Shown: positions 21,709 through 32,453 of the stretch, in pieces
How the letters are laid out: each line of letters begins with the position of its first letter
Numbering within the stretch: position 1 is the first letter of the stretch
DNA from: Auanema rhodensis
Lineage: Eukaryota > Animalia > Nematoda
Reading direction: 5' to 3'
Assembly (NCBI GenBank): GCA_964057225.1
Contig: OZ059898.1
Location: 9,424,001-9,488,000, forward strand
DNA length: 64,000 nt
Notes under the pieces: model-generated
Database searches by the model: none
What the model was told of the DNA's origin: nothing
The model's input: the letters and a program-made list of their open reading frames with translations, nothing else
Program-made: the position numbers and the translations under genes

Positions 21709-22017
21709 ATGAGTGGTCGTATTTTGTCAAATTACAACTTTTTATCTTCTTGTGCCAAAACCCCTTGTTCTGTTTCCTCATTTTCTTTTTCACAAATTGA
21801 AATTATTGTTGAAATTGTATTTAATATTGTGAAAAATAATAATTTTCTCTTAACTAACAAGGAATATAAAACCCTTTTGCCCATATCCTCATTATTACGT
21901 CAAATAGCTTTGATACGCACACCCGAAAAGGCTAAAACTTTATTGGCAACGATTTCACACAAACAATTGAAAACAATAGTTTCATGCGGAATTGCTTATT
22001 TTGGTTTTAAAAGATGA
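21709..22017 (+). CDS. Conserved 102-aa Maverick protein of unknown function
   Basis: Intact and near-identical in A, B and C. Overlaps the next gene through ATGA. Confidence 0.75.
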   Translation: MSGRILSNYNFLSSCAKTPCSVSSFSFSQIEIIVEIVFNIVKNNNFLLTNKEYKTLLPISSLLRQIALIRTPEKAKTLLATISHKQLKTIVSCGIAYFGFKR

Positions 22018-22751
22018 AACTCAATCATAAATATCGTCTAATCCCTGTTGATGATGAAACGCTGAATATAGACAAGTTTGATGCTGAATTGAAGCTCTTA
22101 CGAGAGAATAAATCTATACCCGATTATAAAAAGGCTGAACTATACGAAGACTTGATTACCCGTCTCAAAAACTATAGAGAAAGCATAGATGCGCCTATAT
22201 CAGTACAAGTGGAAAATGCTGATCCACCATTATTGCCAGAATACAAGCTGCCACGAAAGTATAACGATCTGTGGGAAAGATTTCCAGAGGTGCGTACAAA
22301 CAAAAATAACCAACTTGTGATTAATAATGAGCCCGTACCAAACACAAATATTACAAAAATTTTGGATTTTGTACTGGATAAAACAAAGACGGAACCCAAT
22401 GGATTCTCAGTATTAGCCAAATTCTTAGCCAGTAATGGGGTCTCTAGCCCTAACAAGAAGGCAAAAAATGTAGAGCCTGCCGTCAGTAACAAGGATTCAG
22501 TTGATCCCGTGCCTACATCCACATCGGCTGTCACAGACTTGGATGCTACTATTAATATATTACCTAGAACACCACGTCATCGTAAGGCTGTTATTCGATA
22601 TTCACCCTCTCCGCGTCGTACATTCAAATCCAAAGCTATAAATAAAAAGGCAAAACCCGCTGACACTGGTGAATCATATTACACACCTCAGGCGGGAGAA
22701 ACACAGAATGGCAAAGGCCGTAAACGATTCTACATTAGATTATGGAAGTAA
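22014..22751 (+). CDS. Conserved Maverick protein with basic C-terminus and QNGKG site (possible core protein)
   Basis: Conserved N-terminal domain and YYTPQ.G..QNG.GRKRFYIRLWK tail in A and B. Confidence 0.75.
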   Translation: MKLNHKYRLIPVDDETLNIDKFDAELKLLRENKSIPDYKKAELYEDLITRLKNYRESIDAPISVQVENADPPLLPEYKLPRKYNDLWERFPEVRTNKNNQLVINNEPVPNTNITKILDFVLDKTKTEPNGFSVLAKFLASNGVSSPNKKAKNVEPAVSNKDSVDPVPTSTSAVTDLDATINILPRTPRHRKAVIRYSPSPRRTFKSKAINKKAKPADTGESYYTPQAGETQNGKGRKRFYIRLWK

Positions 22752-23775
22752 TGTTTTGGAGAACATTTATTATAATATTAAGCATCCAGCTTCTTATACG
22801 TCTGCCAAAAATCTATTATTGGAAGCGCGAAAGCATGGCATCGCAAAAGCACAAGTTGAAAGTTTTTTGCAAGACTCTGAAACTTTTACACGTCATAAAC
22901 CAACGAGACTGCATATGCAGACTAAAAAGACTAGAGGCTGTGGTCGATTCCTAACAATGCAAGCAGATTTGGTTGATATGCAAAAATATAAAAAATCAAA
23001 TGACGGCTATGCTTACATGTTGACCATGATTGATGTTTATACACGCATGTTATATGTTAGGCCTTTGAAAACTAAAGGTGGTTTAGAGGTTGCTACTGCA
23101 TTTGAAAATGTATTCAAGGATTTTATACCAATCCAACTAATAACGGATAACGGTGCAGAGTTTTATAATAGTCATTGTGAAAAACTATTCAAAAAATTTG
23201 CCATACTGCATGGATCAACAAGTTCACCACAAAAGGCGGCAATGGTGGAGCGAGCAAATAGAACTTTAAAAACGCGCATGATGAAATATCTCTATTACAA
23301 GAATAATCATCGATGGATTGATATACTAGATGACTTGGTCGAAGGAATAAACAAATCTTATAATCGGTCGATTAAAATGCGCCCCGTAGATGTTACAGCA
23401 AATATATTCGTTGAAGAATATGCACCAGCTGTTCGCAACCGATTCAAAATTGGTGATAATGTTCGCATAAGCAAGAACAGGCGTACTTTTGAAAAAAGTT
23501 ACGAGTCTGGATATACAATGGAACTATTCACAATTGATGAGATTGTAGCCGGGAACCCAACCGTGTATAAACTTGTAGATTATAATGGTGAACGTATAAA
23601 GGGAATATTCTATGAGCCTGAACTTGTGTTGGCTACTAATAAAAGCAACCAGTACTATATTGAGAAAGTTTTGAAAGAGCGTACACGAAATGGTAAACGC
23701 CAAGTATTTGTAAAATGGAGTGGCTATCCCGACAACTTTAATGAATGGATAGATGCAGAAAATTTAAATGTATAA
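22708..23775 (+). CDS. Retroviral-like (rve) integrase with C-terminal chromodomain, Maverick A
   Basis: QADLVD / ITDNG / VERANR DDE triad. Chromodomain YYIEKVL...VKWSGY...NEWI. The ORF track starts this frame at 22669. Confidence 0.93.
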   Translation: MAKAVNDSTLDYGSNVLENIYYNIKHPASYTSAKNLLLEARKHGIAKAQVESFLQDSETFTRHKPTRLHMQTKKTRGCGRFLTMQADLVDMQKYKKSNDGYAYMLTMIDVYTRMLYVRPLKTKGGLEVATAFENVFKDFIPIQLITDNGAEFYNSHCEKLFKKFAILHGSTSSPQKAAMVERANRTLKTRMMKYLYYKNNHRWIDILDDLVEGINKSYNRSIKMRPVDVTANIFVEEYAPAVRNRFKIGDNVRISKNRRTFEKSYESGYTMELFTIDEIVAGNPTVYKLVDYNGERIKGIFYEPELVLATNKSNQYYIEKVLKERTRNGKRQVFVKWSGYPDNFNEWIDAENLNV

Positions 23776-24070
23776 TTTTTCACTGTTGTTGTAAACAATT
23801 GTATTAATAATAAATGATTTATTTGATCAATCGTTCATATTGTAACAATAAAAACCAGCAAAACATAAAAGCCAAGACAATGATATAACCTATAATTATA
23901 AACTGATTAATATTTAAATTTTTAATGCTTACCAGTTGGTTAGAGAGTCGGCTGTTGATGGATAATTTCAAACTTCGAAAGCTGGAAAAAAAATGTTACG
24001 GCTAAGAAAATTTAAATATAACATAACAAAATCAACCAACTGTCCATTAAACAGTTTGTGCTTGTTGTAG

Positions 24071-24664
24071 TCAAAACGATGGATCAAAACGGATAAGCAT
24101 ATTCAAGTTGAGCGCCTGTTGACTTAATTTAAAGTAGAACACATTCTGCTTATAACCAAAAGACTTGACAGTTGACTCATCAGTATAAATGGCAATGTAA
24201 CCCATATTATTCAACAATTGTTTTGATGACATGCTAGAATAGGAACGCATCTGTAAAAGAAAAAATAATAATTAGAATTAATAATTTTATAATCTCACAT
24301 TGATTGTTGAATTTTCAGGTTTATAATGACGGAAAACTTTTAAAAGCCCTAAGGCATCATTCCTCGCTCTACACTTGACACAGAGGCTGAAACAGTGGTA
24401 CTCGTCTACGACTTGCAATGTATCCCTACAAGTTTTGCAGAGACATATTGGTCTCATAACTACAGGCTGTTGTGGAGAGCTATCCTTTGAGATTTGTACC
24501 TGCTTTTTTGGTGTGTCTAAACAAAAAATAATTAATAACAAAAATAAAACCTTACCAAAGAATGTGGCAGCAAAGTTGGGTCCTGGTGTGGGTGGTCTTG
24601 GAACATCCGGTTCCGGTGTCGAAGGTACAATATTCTCTACATCAACAAGAGCGGAACGCTTCAT
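24071..24664 (-). CDS. Spliced 168-aa protein (3 exons: 24664-24556, 24516-24299, 24250-24071) with D-box, CDK sites and a Cys/His zinc motif
   Basis: GT-AG introns at the same positions in copy B (30506-31090). Exon 3 (MRSY...IRFDPSF*) is conserved in frame. TATA-like TATAAAAGG upstream in both copies. Confidence 0.8.
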
Positions 24665-24769
24665 GTTTGTAGCCCAATTGGAGGCTTTTCCTAAACAACA
24701 ACGAACTTTTACGTCTAGGGTCCAAGTAGAGTAGAGGAAAGTCCTAGCAGCAGTCTGTTGACGTTGGAT

Positions 24770-24886
24770 CAGATCGTCGGCTTGTTGGCAGAGGTGGATC
24801 GGCGAGAAGACTTGGTGGCGGAGCTGGATCGGAGAGTAGACTTGTTGACAGAGCTGGATCGTAGAGTCGACTTGTTGGCGGAGCTG
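24770..24886. repeat. About 4 tandem copies of a 30-bp unit in the leader of the D-box gene
   Basis: CTTGTTGGCGGAGCTGGATCGGAGAGTAGA-like units. Confidence 0.8.
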
Positions 24887-25639
24887 AAATGCAAATTTCG
24901 GTCTAAAAAATTTTGCCCCCTTTTATACAAACTTTGTTGTAAAGCTCTACCCACTCCGCCTCTTTCACAAAACAGTTGACTGCTGTATGCGGCTTTTCTA
25001 TTTGTTATATATTACAACAAATATATGCATTTATACATTAATTAGCAGTTTGTTGCGCAAACAGCTGCCAAATGCGCTAAAATACACCGATTGCGCCAAC
25101 AGTTGCCGGATTAACAACCTGTAAACTATCCGCTTATTAATTACTTGTTACAGCATTCGATTTCGTAAATCCAAATATTTAACAATAATTCAACTCATTT
25201 GTGACAAGTCCTTATACAATAACAACTGTCAGCCAAAATTGTGGAATATTACAATAGGATCGTTTAATATTGTATTCATATTCTTATTATAACAGCTGTG
25301 GTACACTCTTATTTTTATAGTTTAGGAAACACTAATTCAAAATGTTGGATCCTTCTGAGGAAACGCAGGATTGTTGCGAAAAACAGACTTGTACACATCC
25401 GATTACAAGTACAACATTTCCAGACACTTTGTAAAAAAGAAACTCTTACAAAATGTTAACACATGTTCTAATTTTAAATGAAAATTTATTGTTCAATAAA
25501 TATATTACGAAACATTTATTCTATTCTTGAACATAGTTATGAAATACATTAGCTATCAGAACATTTATAAACTATTAGGGCTACAACAACAATTACTTTA
25601 AAGTAACATTTTTGATGCTAAAAAGTTTGAAAATATTCG

Positions 25640-26477
25640 TATATACTCATGACCCCTTGGCATAGTAAGTATTCTTTAGCGTTATGGGTACATGTGGTGT
25701 ACAGCTATTTATCATATTTTTATGAACACAACTTTTGCCATGTGGTACATGTGTAGTGCACCTGTTTTAACAATCTTATCGAATTAACCTTCGATATGTG
25801 TTTCATTAAATTTAGTTTAAATATTTATTACTTCTTATTGAATTAACCTTCGATATGAGTTCCATTGATTAACCCATAAGAAGTACGGTGAACATATTGA
25901 TTAGCTTTTAAAAATATTTAAATAAATAAAAAACAATATATATGAGAAATAATTTATTCAGTTTTAAAGATACAATTAAAAAATATATAAATATTAAAAT
26001 ACATTTAAAAAGAAATATTATTAAAAATATATTTAAAAAGAAACAATTAAATAATAATATTTACAAATACAATTTAAAATATATATAAATATTAAAAATA
26101 CATTTAAAAAGAAACAATTAAATAATAATATTTACAAATACAATTTGAAATATATATAAATATTAAAAATACATTTAAAAAGAAATAAGTTTAAAAATAT
26201 TTACAAATACAATTAACAAATATATAAATAATAAAAATAGATTAAAAAATAATTTTAAAAATGATTTAAAAAAAAAAAAAATCATGCATTTTGATCCATG
26301 CGCAGGCTCGAGAGCCTGCATCGGGAGAAAAAGTATATTTTTGACAGCTGACGCCGAAAATATGATTTTGACAGCTGACGCCCCCAAAAGTATGATTTTA
26401 GCAGCTGACGCCCTCAAAAGTATGTTTTTAGCAACTGTTTGGGGGCGTGGTTAGTAAATTCGGCATGGCTCTCTACT
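25640..26477 (-). repeat. Right TIR of Maverick A
   Basis: Reverse complement of 9354-9985 joined to 10545-10690. Confidence 0.85.
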
Positions 26478-26606
26478 CGCGTTGCGATTTGCCGAAAATT
26501 TGTTTCATTTTTCTCTGCCATTAAGATTTGAAGTTGTTCTTGTGTTATCCTACTCGATGTATAAGGTGTTTTTACATTATTGAGCAGGGGTAAAAATATT
26601 TCCACG

Positions 26607-27384
26607 TATAATTTTTCACTAATGTTATAAACAATTGTAAATCCTATCGAATTAACCTTCGATATGTGTTTCATTGAGTTAGTGTATTAGAATATTAGTA
26701 ATATAAAATTTAAAACAATTTCTATAAACTATTCTTTCATGTAATTTGAAAATATTAGACAACTTGGTACATGTGGTGTACAGCTATTTATCATATTTTA
26801 ATGAACAAAACTTTTGCCATGTGGTTCTTGTGTGGGTCAGTGCACTTGTTTTAACAATCTTATTGAATTAACCTTCGATATGTGTTCCATTAACTTTTGT
26901 ATTTCATATTGTTCTTATCGAATTAACTTTTGATATGTGTTCCATTAACTTTTGTATTTCATATCGTTCTTATCGAACTAACTTTTGATATGTGTTCCAT
27001 TAAATTTTGTATTTCATATCGTTCTTATCGAATTAACCTTCGATATGTGTTCCATTAACTTTTGTTTTTCATATCGTTCTTATCGAATTAACCTTCGATA
27101 TGTGTTCCATTGATTTACCCATAAGAGGTACGGTGAACAAAATGGTTCGCCTAGAAAAACAACAAACTTTTTAAAAGTTAATTTAATAATTATAAACTAT
27201 AATAAACACAAACTATTATATAAACAATGTAAACAAATCAAATTAAAAAATAAATATATAAAATATATCTTATCGAATTAACCTTCGATATGAGTTCCAT
27301 TGATTAACCCATAAGAGGTACGGTGAACATATTGATTAGCTTTTATATATATTCAAATTTTATAAATTAAAACAAAAACAAATA
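26607..27384 (-). repeat. Orphan Maverick subterminal/TIR block with a 55-bp motif array; direct duplicate of about 55069-55845
   Basis: Near-identical to the sequence after the copy C integrase stop. Confidence 0.85.
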
Positions 27385-28327
27385 CAGAGCTTGGAAGATG
27401 ATGATCGATCCGGACGACCTGCAGCCGTTGATGCACAAGTTCTGAAAAACTTGGTTGAAGCATACCCGTGCAATTCCACCAGAAGTCTGGCAGAAAATTT
27501 CGGAATATCTCACACAACAGTGTTAGATCATTTGAGAAACATTGGAAAAGTGAAAAAGCTTGACAAGTGGGTTCCACATAAATTAAACGATGCTCAGAAA
27601 AATCGAAGATTGGAAGTGGCTTTTTCACTGGTTTCAAGATGTGATGCCGAATCTTTTTTGGACCGGATAGTAACCTGTGACGAGAAATGGATTATATACG
27701 ACAACAGAACAAGACAGGCACAATGGCTTGATCGCACAGAAGCTCCAAAACAGTTCGCAAAGCCGAGCCTTAGTCAGAAGAAGTTCTTGATAACAGTTTG
27801 GTAGACAAGCTCAGGTTTAATTCACTATAGATTCCTGAACTCGGGAGAAACAATCACTTCTGAAACCTACGCAGCTGAAATTAAAATAACGCATCAGAAA
27901 TTATTGGAGAAACAGCCAGGATTAGTCAGTAGAAAAGGACCAATTTTACTTCACGACAACGCGAGGCCACATATAGGAAGAAAGACAATAGAAAAACTAG
28001 GAGAATTGAACTATGAAACTCTACCTCATCCTCCATATTCACCAGACCTGTCCCCTACTGATTATCATTTTTTTAAACACTTAGACCACTTCTTGACTGG
28101 GAAACGATTTCGAACACGAGAAGATGCAATAACAGCGTTTGAAGAATTCGTCAGTTCTCGCTCTCATGAATTTTATCATAATGGTATGTATAAGTTATAT
28201 GATCGTTGGAAAAGTTGTATTGATGCTGCTGGTTCTTATTTTGAATAAAAAAGTTGATTCTAGCAAAAGTTATAACAAATTGAAAAGATAGTATGAAAAA
28301 CGACATTACTTTCCGACCAACCTAATA
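27385..28327 (+). mobile_element. mariner (DD34D) element, 5'-truncated, with a nonsense codon at 27802; 3' TIR and TA retained
   Basis: WVPHKL, TCDEKW, HDNARPH, YSPDLSPTDY. 3' end ...TTACTTTCCGACCAACCTAA-TA resembles Hsmar1/cecropia-type TIRs. Confidence 0.92.
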
Positions 28328-29044
28328 TAATAAAAAATTTATTCAAATGTATAAATTTTAAAAATACATTCAAAAAGAAATAATTTTAATAATATTTAAA
28401 AAATATTCAACCTTCCATTTAAAAATAACATTTTTTAATTGCAGGTTGAATTGTTGTTGTTTTGTATTTTGCTGGTTTTTTATTGTTACATTATGCGATA
28501 TATCAAATAAAGTTTTAAAAGTTTATATTGTTACATTATGCGATATATCAAATAAAGTTTTAAAAGTTTATACACGGTTGGGTTTCCGGTAACAATCTCA
28601 TCAATTTTGAATAGTTCCATTGTATATCCAGACTCGTAACTTTTTTCAAAAGTACGCCTGTTCTTGCTTATGGAAACAGTATCACCAATTTTAAAGCGGC
28701 TTTTAACAGCTGATGCATATTCTTCAATGAATATATTTGCTTTAACATCAATGAGCCGCATTCTCATGGACCGGTTATAAGATTTGTTTATTCCTTCAAC
28801 CAAATCATTTAGAATATCAATCCAACGATGATTATTTTTGTAATAGAGATAATTCATCATGCGTAACCTCTATACCACCTTATGATTCAATCATATTACA
28901 CACCTCAGTCGGGAGAAACACAGAATGGCAAAGGCCGTAAAAGATTCTACATTAGATTACAGAAATGATGTTTCGGAGAACAATTATTATAAGATTAAGC
29001 ATCCAGCTTCTTATACGTCTGCCAGAAATCTATTATTGGAAGCA
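28328..29044. pseudogene. Patchwork of Maverick TIR, 3'-UTR and integrase fragments in both orientations
   Basis: Integrase piece at about 28565-28864 (minus), a piece of the basic-protein/integrase overlap at about 28889-29043 (plus), and a 45-bp tandem duplication near 28482-28571. Confidence 0.8.
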
Positions 29045-30505
29045 TTCATGGATTTTCCTTTTTTAAATATAAAAGTCATGATTTAAAGCATGATTTTTTT
29101 TTTTTAATTTTTTTTTTTTTAAATCAAATTTAAATATGCTTTTTCAAATGTATGTATATATTTTCAATTATTTTTAAATATATTAAGTAAAAATAAAAAT
29201 CTTAATTTTAAATATTTAAATTATATTTAAATTTTATATATATATATAAATTTTATTTAAACTTTAAATATTTAAATTATATTTAAATTTTATATATATA
29301 AATTATATTTAAACTTTAAATTTTATATATAAATTATATTTAAATTTTAAATATATAAATTTGTTTTTAAATTTTATTTATTTCTTTATTTCTTTATTAT
29401 ATTTATTAATAATGTTTGTTTACTTATTTTGTTTATTTTTTATTGTATTGTGTTTGTATTGTTTTTATTTTAAAGAACAGTAAAATTTTTGCATGTATAT
29501 CGTTTTGTTCACCGTACTTGTTACGGGTAATTCAATGGAACACATATCGAAGGTTAATTCGATAAGAACGATATGAAATAAAAAAATTTAATGGAACACA
29601 TATCGAAGGTTAATTCGATAAGAACGATATAAAATACCAAAATTTAATGGAACACATATCGAAAGTTAATTCGATAAGAACGACATTAAATTATTAATTT
29701 TTGAAATTACAAATTGTTATTAATTATATTTATTCTAACAAGTAAAAGTTTCAAATTATAATAAAAGATTAGTTTTAAACTTTATTTTACTAATATAACA
29801 ATACAATAACTAAATAGAGCACACACTGAAGGTAAATACAATAAGATTAAGAAACAGTTGCGCTGACCTCAACGCCACGCATATCGTTGGTTAATAAACA
29901 GTAATAACTGCACTGTGGGGGTTTAAATATAGTATAATCATTTTAACATTTCAAAAGTTTTAGTTTCGTAATATAATCATTATTAAATATTCAAGAATGA
30001 AATATTTTTACATATAAAACGTTGGCAGTCATATGTTTTGTGCTACAATATGGGTGTAAAAGTATACTATGAATAATATATGAGCTATTAAGCAAAGTTT
30101 AAAAAGCCTAAATGTTTTACAGAGATGGCTGTTGTTTATGGCACAAACGGTAAACAATAATGTTTAAAGAGATGTAAAAACTAATTAATATGCAGATTGT
30201 TTACAGGTTCAGAGTGCGCCAACTGCTGGCAACTGTCGACGAGATGAGTATATCTGCATAAATATGCTGTAAAATCTAATTAATAAAAGAATTTCATCAG
30301 CAAACTTGATTGTAACACAATGGGTTGTACTTTACAAAAATCTTTGTATAAAAGGTTGGCAATTTTGCTACATTTACATTTCAGCTCTGCCAACTATCCG
30401 AGGATCCGACGTTTCACCATCTCCTGCTACTCTTTGCCAATCGCCATAGACTGCTCCTCTCTGCAAGTTTGCCTTATATTTTAGAAAGTTGGATCTTTAG
30501 CGGAA

Positions 30506-31090
30506 ATGAAGCGTGCTGTACTTGCTGATGTGACAAATGTTGTGCGCAAATCGCCTGAACCTGAAGTACCACGACCACCCACACCAGCTCCAAATTTTAC
30601 AAGTTTTGGTATGAACCTTAACTTGTATATATTAAATCTTTAATTTAGATTCACCAATAAAGCAGATGGAGATTCTGAGAGAGAGCACTCCACCAAGGAG
30701 TGTATTAATGAGACCAATTTGTCTCTGCAAAACTTGTAGGGAATCATTGCAGGTTATAGACGAGTATCACTGTTTCAGCCTCTGTATAAAGTGTAGAGGA
30801 AGGAATGATGCGTTGGGTCTTTTGAAGGAATTTCGTCACTATAAGCCCGAAAAGTTCTCTATTAATGTAAGCTTGCATATTTATTTATTTTCAATTTTAT
30901 CATTTTTTAGATGCGCTCTTATAACACCATGACGTGCAAGCAATTGTTGAACAATATGGGCTATATTGTTATATATGCAGATGAGGCTACTGTAAAGACT
31001 TTTGGTTATAAGCAGAATGTATTCTACTTTAAACTAAGTCCAGAAGCACTCAACCTGAACATGTTTATCCGCTTTGATCCTTCATTTTGA
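30506..31090 (+). CDS. Spliced D-box/zinc-motif protein, copy B
   Basis: MKRAVLADVTN start; a 40-nt intron (30609-30648) is needed to keep frame; CLCKTC...HCFSLCIKC; last exon ends IRFDPSF*. Confidence 0.8.
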
Positions 31091-31385
31091 CTACAACAAG
31101 CACAAATAGTACAATTGGCGTTTTATTCTTGTTTTGTTATGTGGCATTTTTATATTCTCAGCCGTAACATTTTTTTTTTCCAGCTCTTGCGAATATCCAT
31201 CAATGGCTCATCAATTGAGGACGAATGATCAACCAACTGGTAAGAATTTGAAAATTTGAATAGTCTACATTTTTTTTTTCCAGGTTGAATTGTTGTTTGT
31301 ATTTTGCTGGTTTTTTATTGTTACATTATGCGATATATCAAATAAATCATTTATTATAATTACAATTGTTTATAACATTGAAAAA

Positions 31386-32453
31386 TTATACATTTAAATT
31401 TTCTGCATCTATCCATTCGTTAAAGTTGTCGGGATATCCACTCCATTTTACAAATACTTGACGTTTACCGCTTCGAATACGCTCTTTTAAAACTTTTTCT
31501 ATATAGTACTGGTTGCTTTTATTAGTAGCCAAGACAAGTTCAGGTTCGTAGAATATTCCCTTTATACGTTCACCATTATAATCTACAAGTTTATACACGG
31601 TTGGGTTTCCGGTTACAACCTCATCAATTGTGAATAGCTCCATTGTATATCCAGACTCGTAGCTTTTTTCAAAAGTACGCCTATTTTTGCTTATGCGAAC
31701 AATATCACCAATTTTAAAGCGGCTTTTAACAGCTGGTGCATATTCTTCAATGAATATATTTGCTTTAACATCAATGGGCCGCATTTTTATGGAGCGGTTA
31801 TAAGATTTGTTTATTCCTTCAACCAAATCATCTAGGATATCAATCCAACGATGATTATTCTTGTAATAGAGATATTTCATCATGCGTGTTTTTAAAGTTC
31901 TATTTGCTCGCTCCACCATTGCAGCCTTTTGTGGTGAACTTGTAGATCCGTGCAGTATGGCAAACTTTTTGAATAGTTTTTCACAATGACTATTATAAAA
32001 CTCTGTGCCATTATCAGTAATCAACTGAATTGGTATAAAATTCTTGAATAAATTTTCAAATGCACTAGCAACCTCTATACCACCTTTAGTTTTCAAAGGC
32101 CTAACATATAACATGCGTGTATAAACATCAATCATGGTCAACATGTAAGCATAGCCGTCGTTTAATTTTTTATATTTTTGCATATCAACCAAATCTGCTT
32201 GCACTGTTAGAAATCGACCACATCCTCTAGTCTTTCTAGTCTGCATACGCATTCTGGTTGGTTTATGTCGTGTAAAAGTTTCAGAATCTTGCAAAAAATC
32301 ATCAACTTGTACCTTTGAAATGCCATGTTTTCGTGCTTGCGATAATAAATTCTTGGCTGATGTATATGAAGCTGGGTGTTTTATATCGTAATAAATGCTC
32401 GCCAAAATATCATTTCCATAATCTAATGTAGAACCTTTTACGACCTTGGCCAT
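31386..32453 (-). CDS. Chromodomain integrase, copy B
   Basis: Intact DDE triad and chromodomain. Confidence 0.93.
   Translation of the reverse strand: MAKVVKGSTLDYGNDILASIYYDIKHPASYTSAKNLLSQARKHGISKVQVDDFLQDSETFTRHKPTRMRMQTRKTRGCGRFLTVQADLVDMQKYKKLNDGYAYMLTMIDVYTRMLYVRPLKTKGGIEVASAFENLFKNFIPIQLITDNGTEFYNSHCEKLFKKFAILHGSTSSPQKAAMVERANRTLKTRMMKYLYYKNNHRWIDILDDLVEGINKSYNRSIKMRPIDVKANIFIEEYAPAVKSRFKIGDIVRISKNRRTFEKSYESGYTMELFTIDEVVTGNPTVYKLVDYNGERIKGIFYEPELVLATNKSNQYYIEKVLKERIRSGKRQVFVKWSGYPDNFNEWIDAENLNV

Larger units (their letters stand above)
9354..26477 (+). mobile_element. Maverick/Polinton copy A, complete (17,124 bp)
   Basis: Inverted termini AGTAGAGAGCCATGCCGAATTTACTAACC, TSD CGCGTT at 9348-9353 and 26478-26483. 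pPolB, MCP, mCP, ATPase, protease and integrase all have open frames. Confidence 0.97.

Noticed and set aside
9354-26477. Cargo toxin-antidote genes or fusogen inside Maverick A
   Set aside because: No large glycoprotein or host-derived cargo ORF is present; the space is accounted for by core and small conserved genes.
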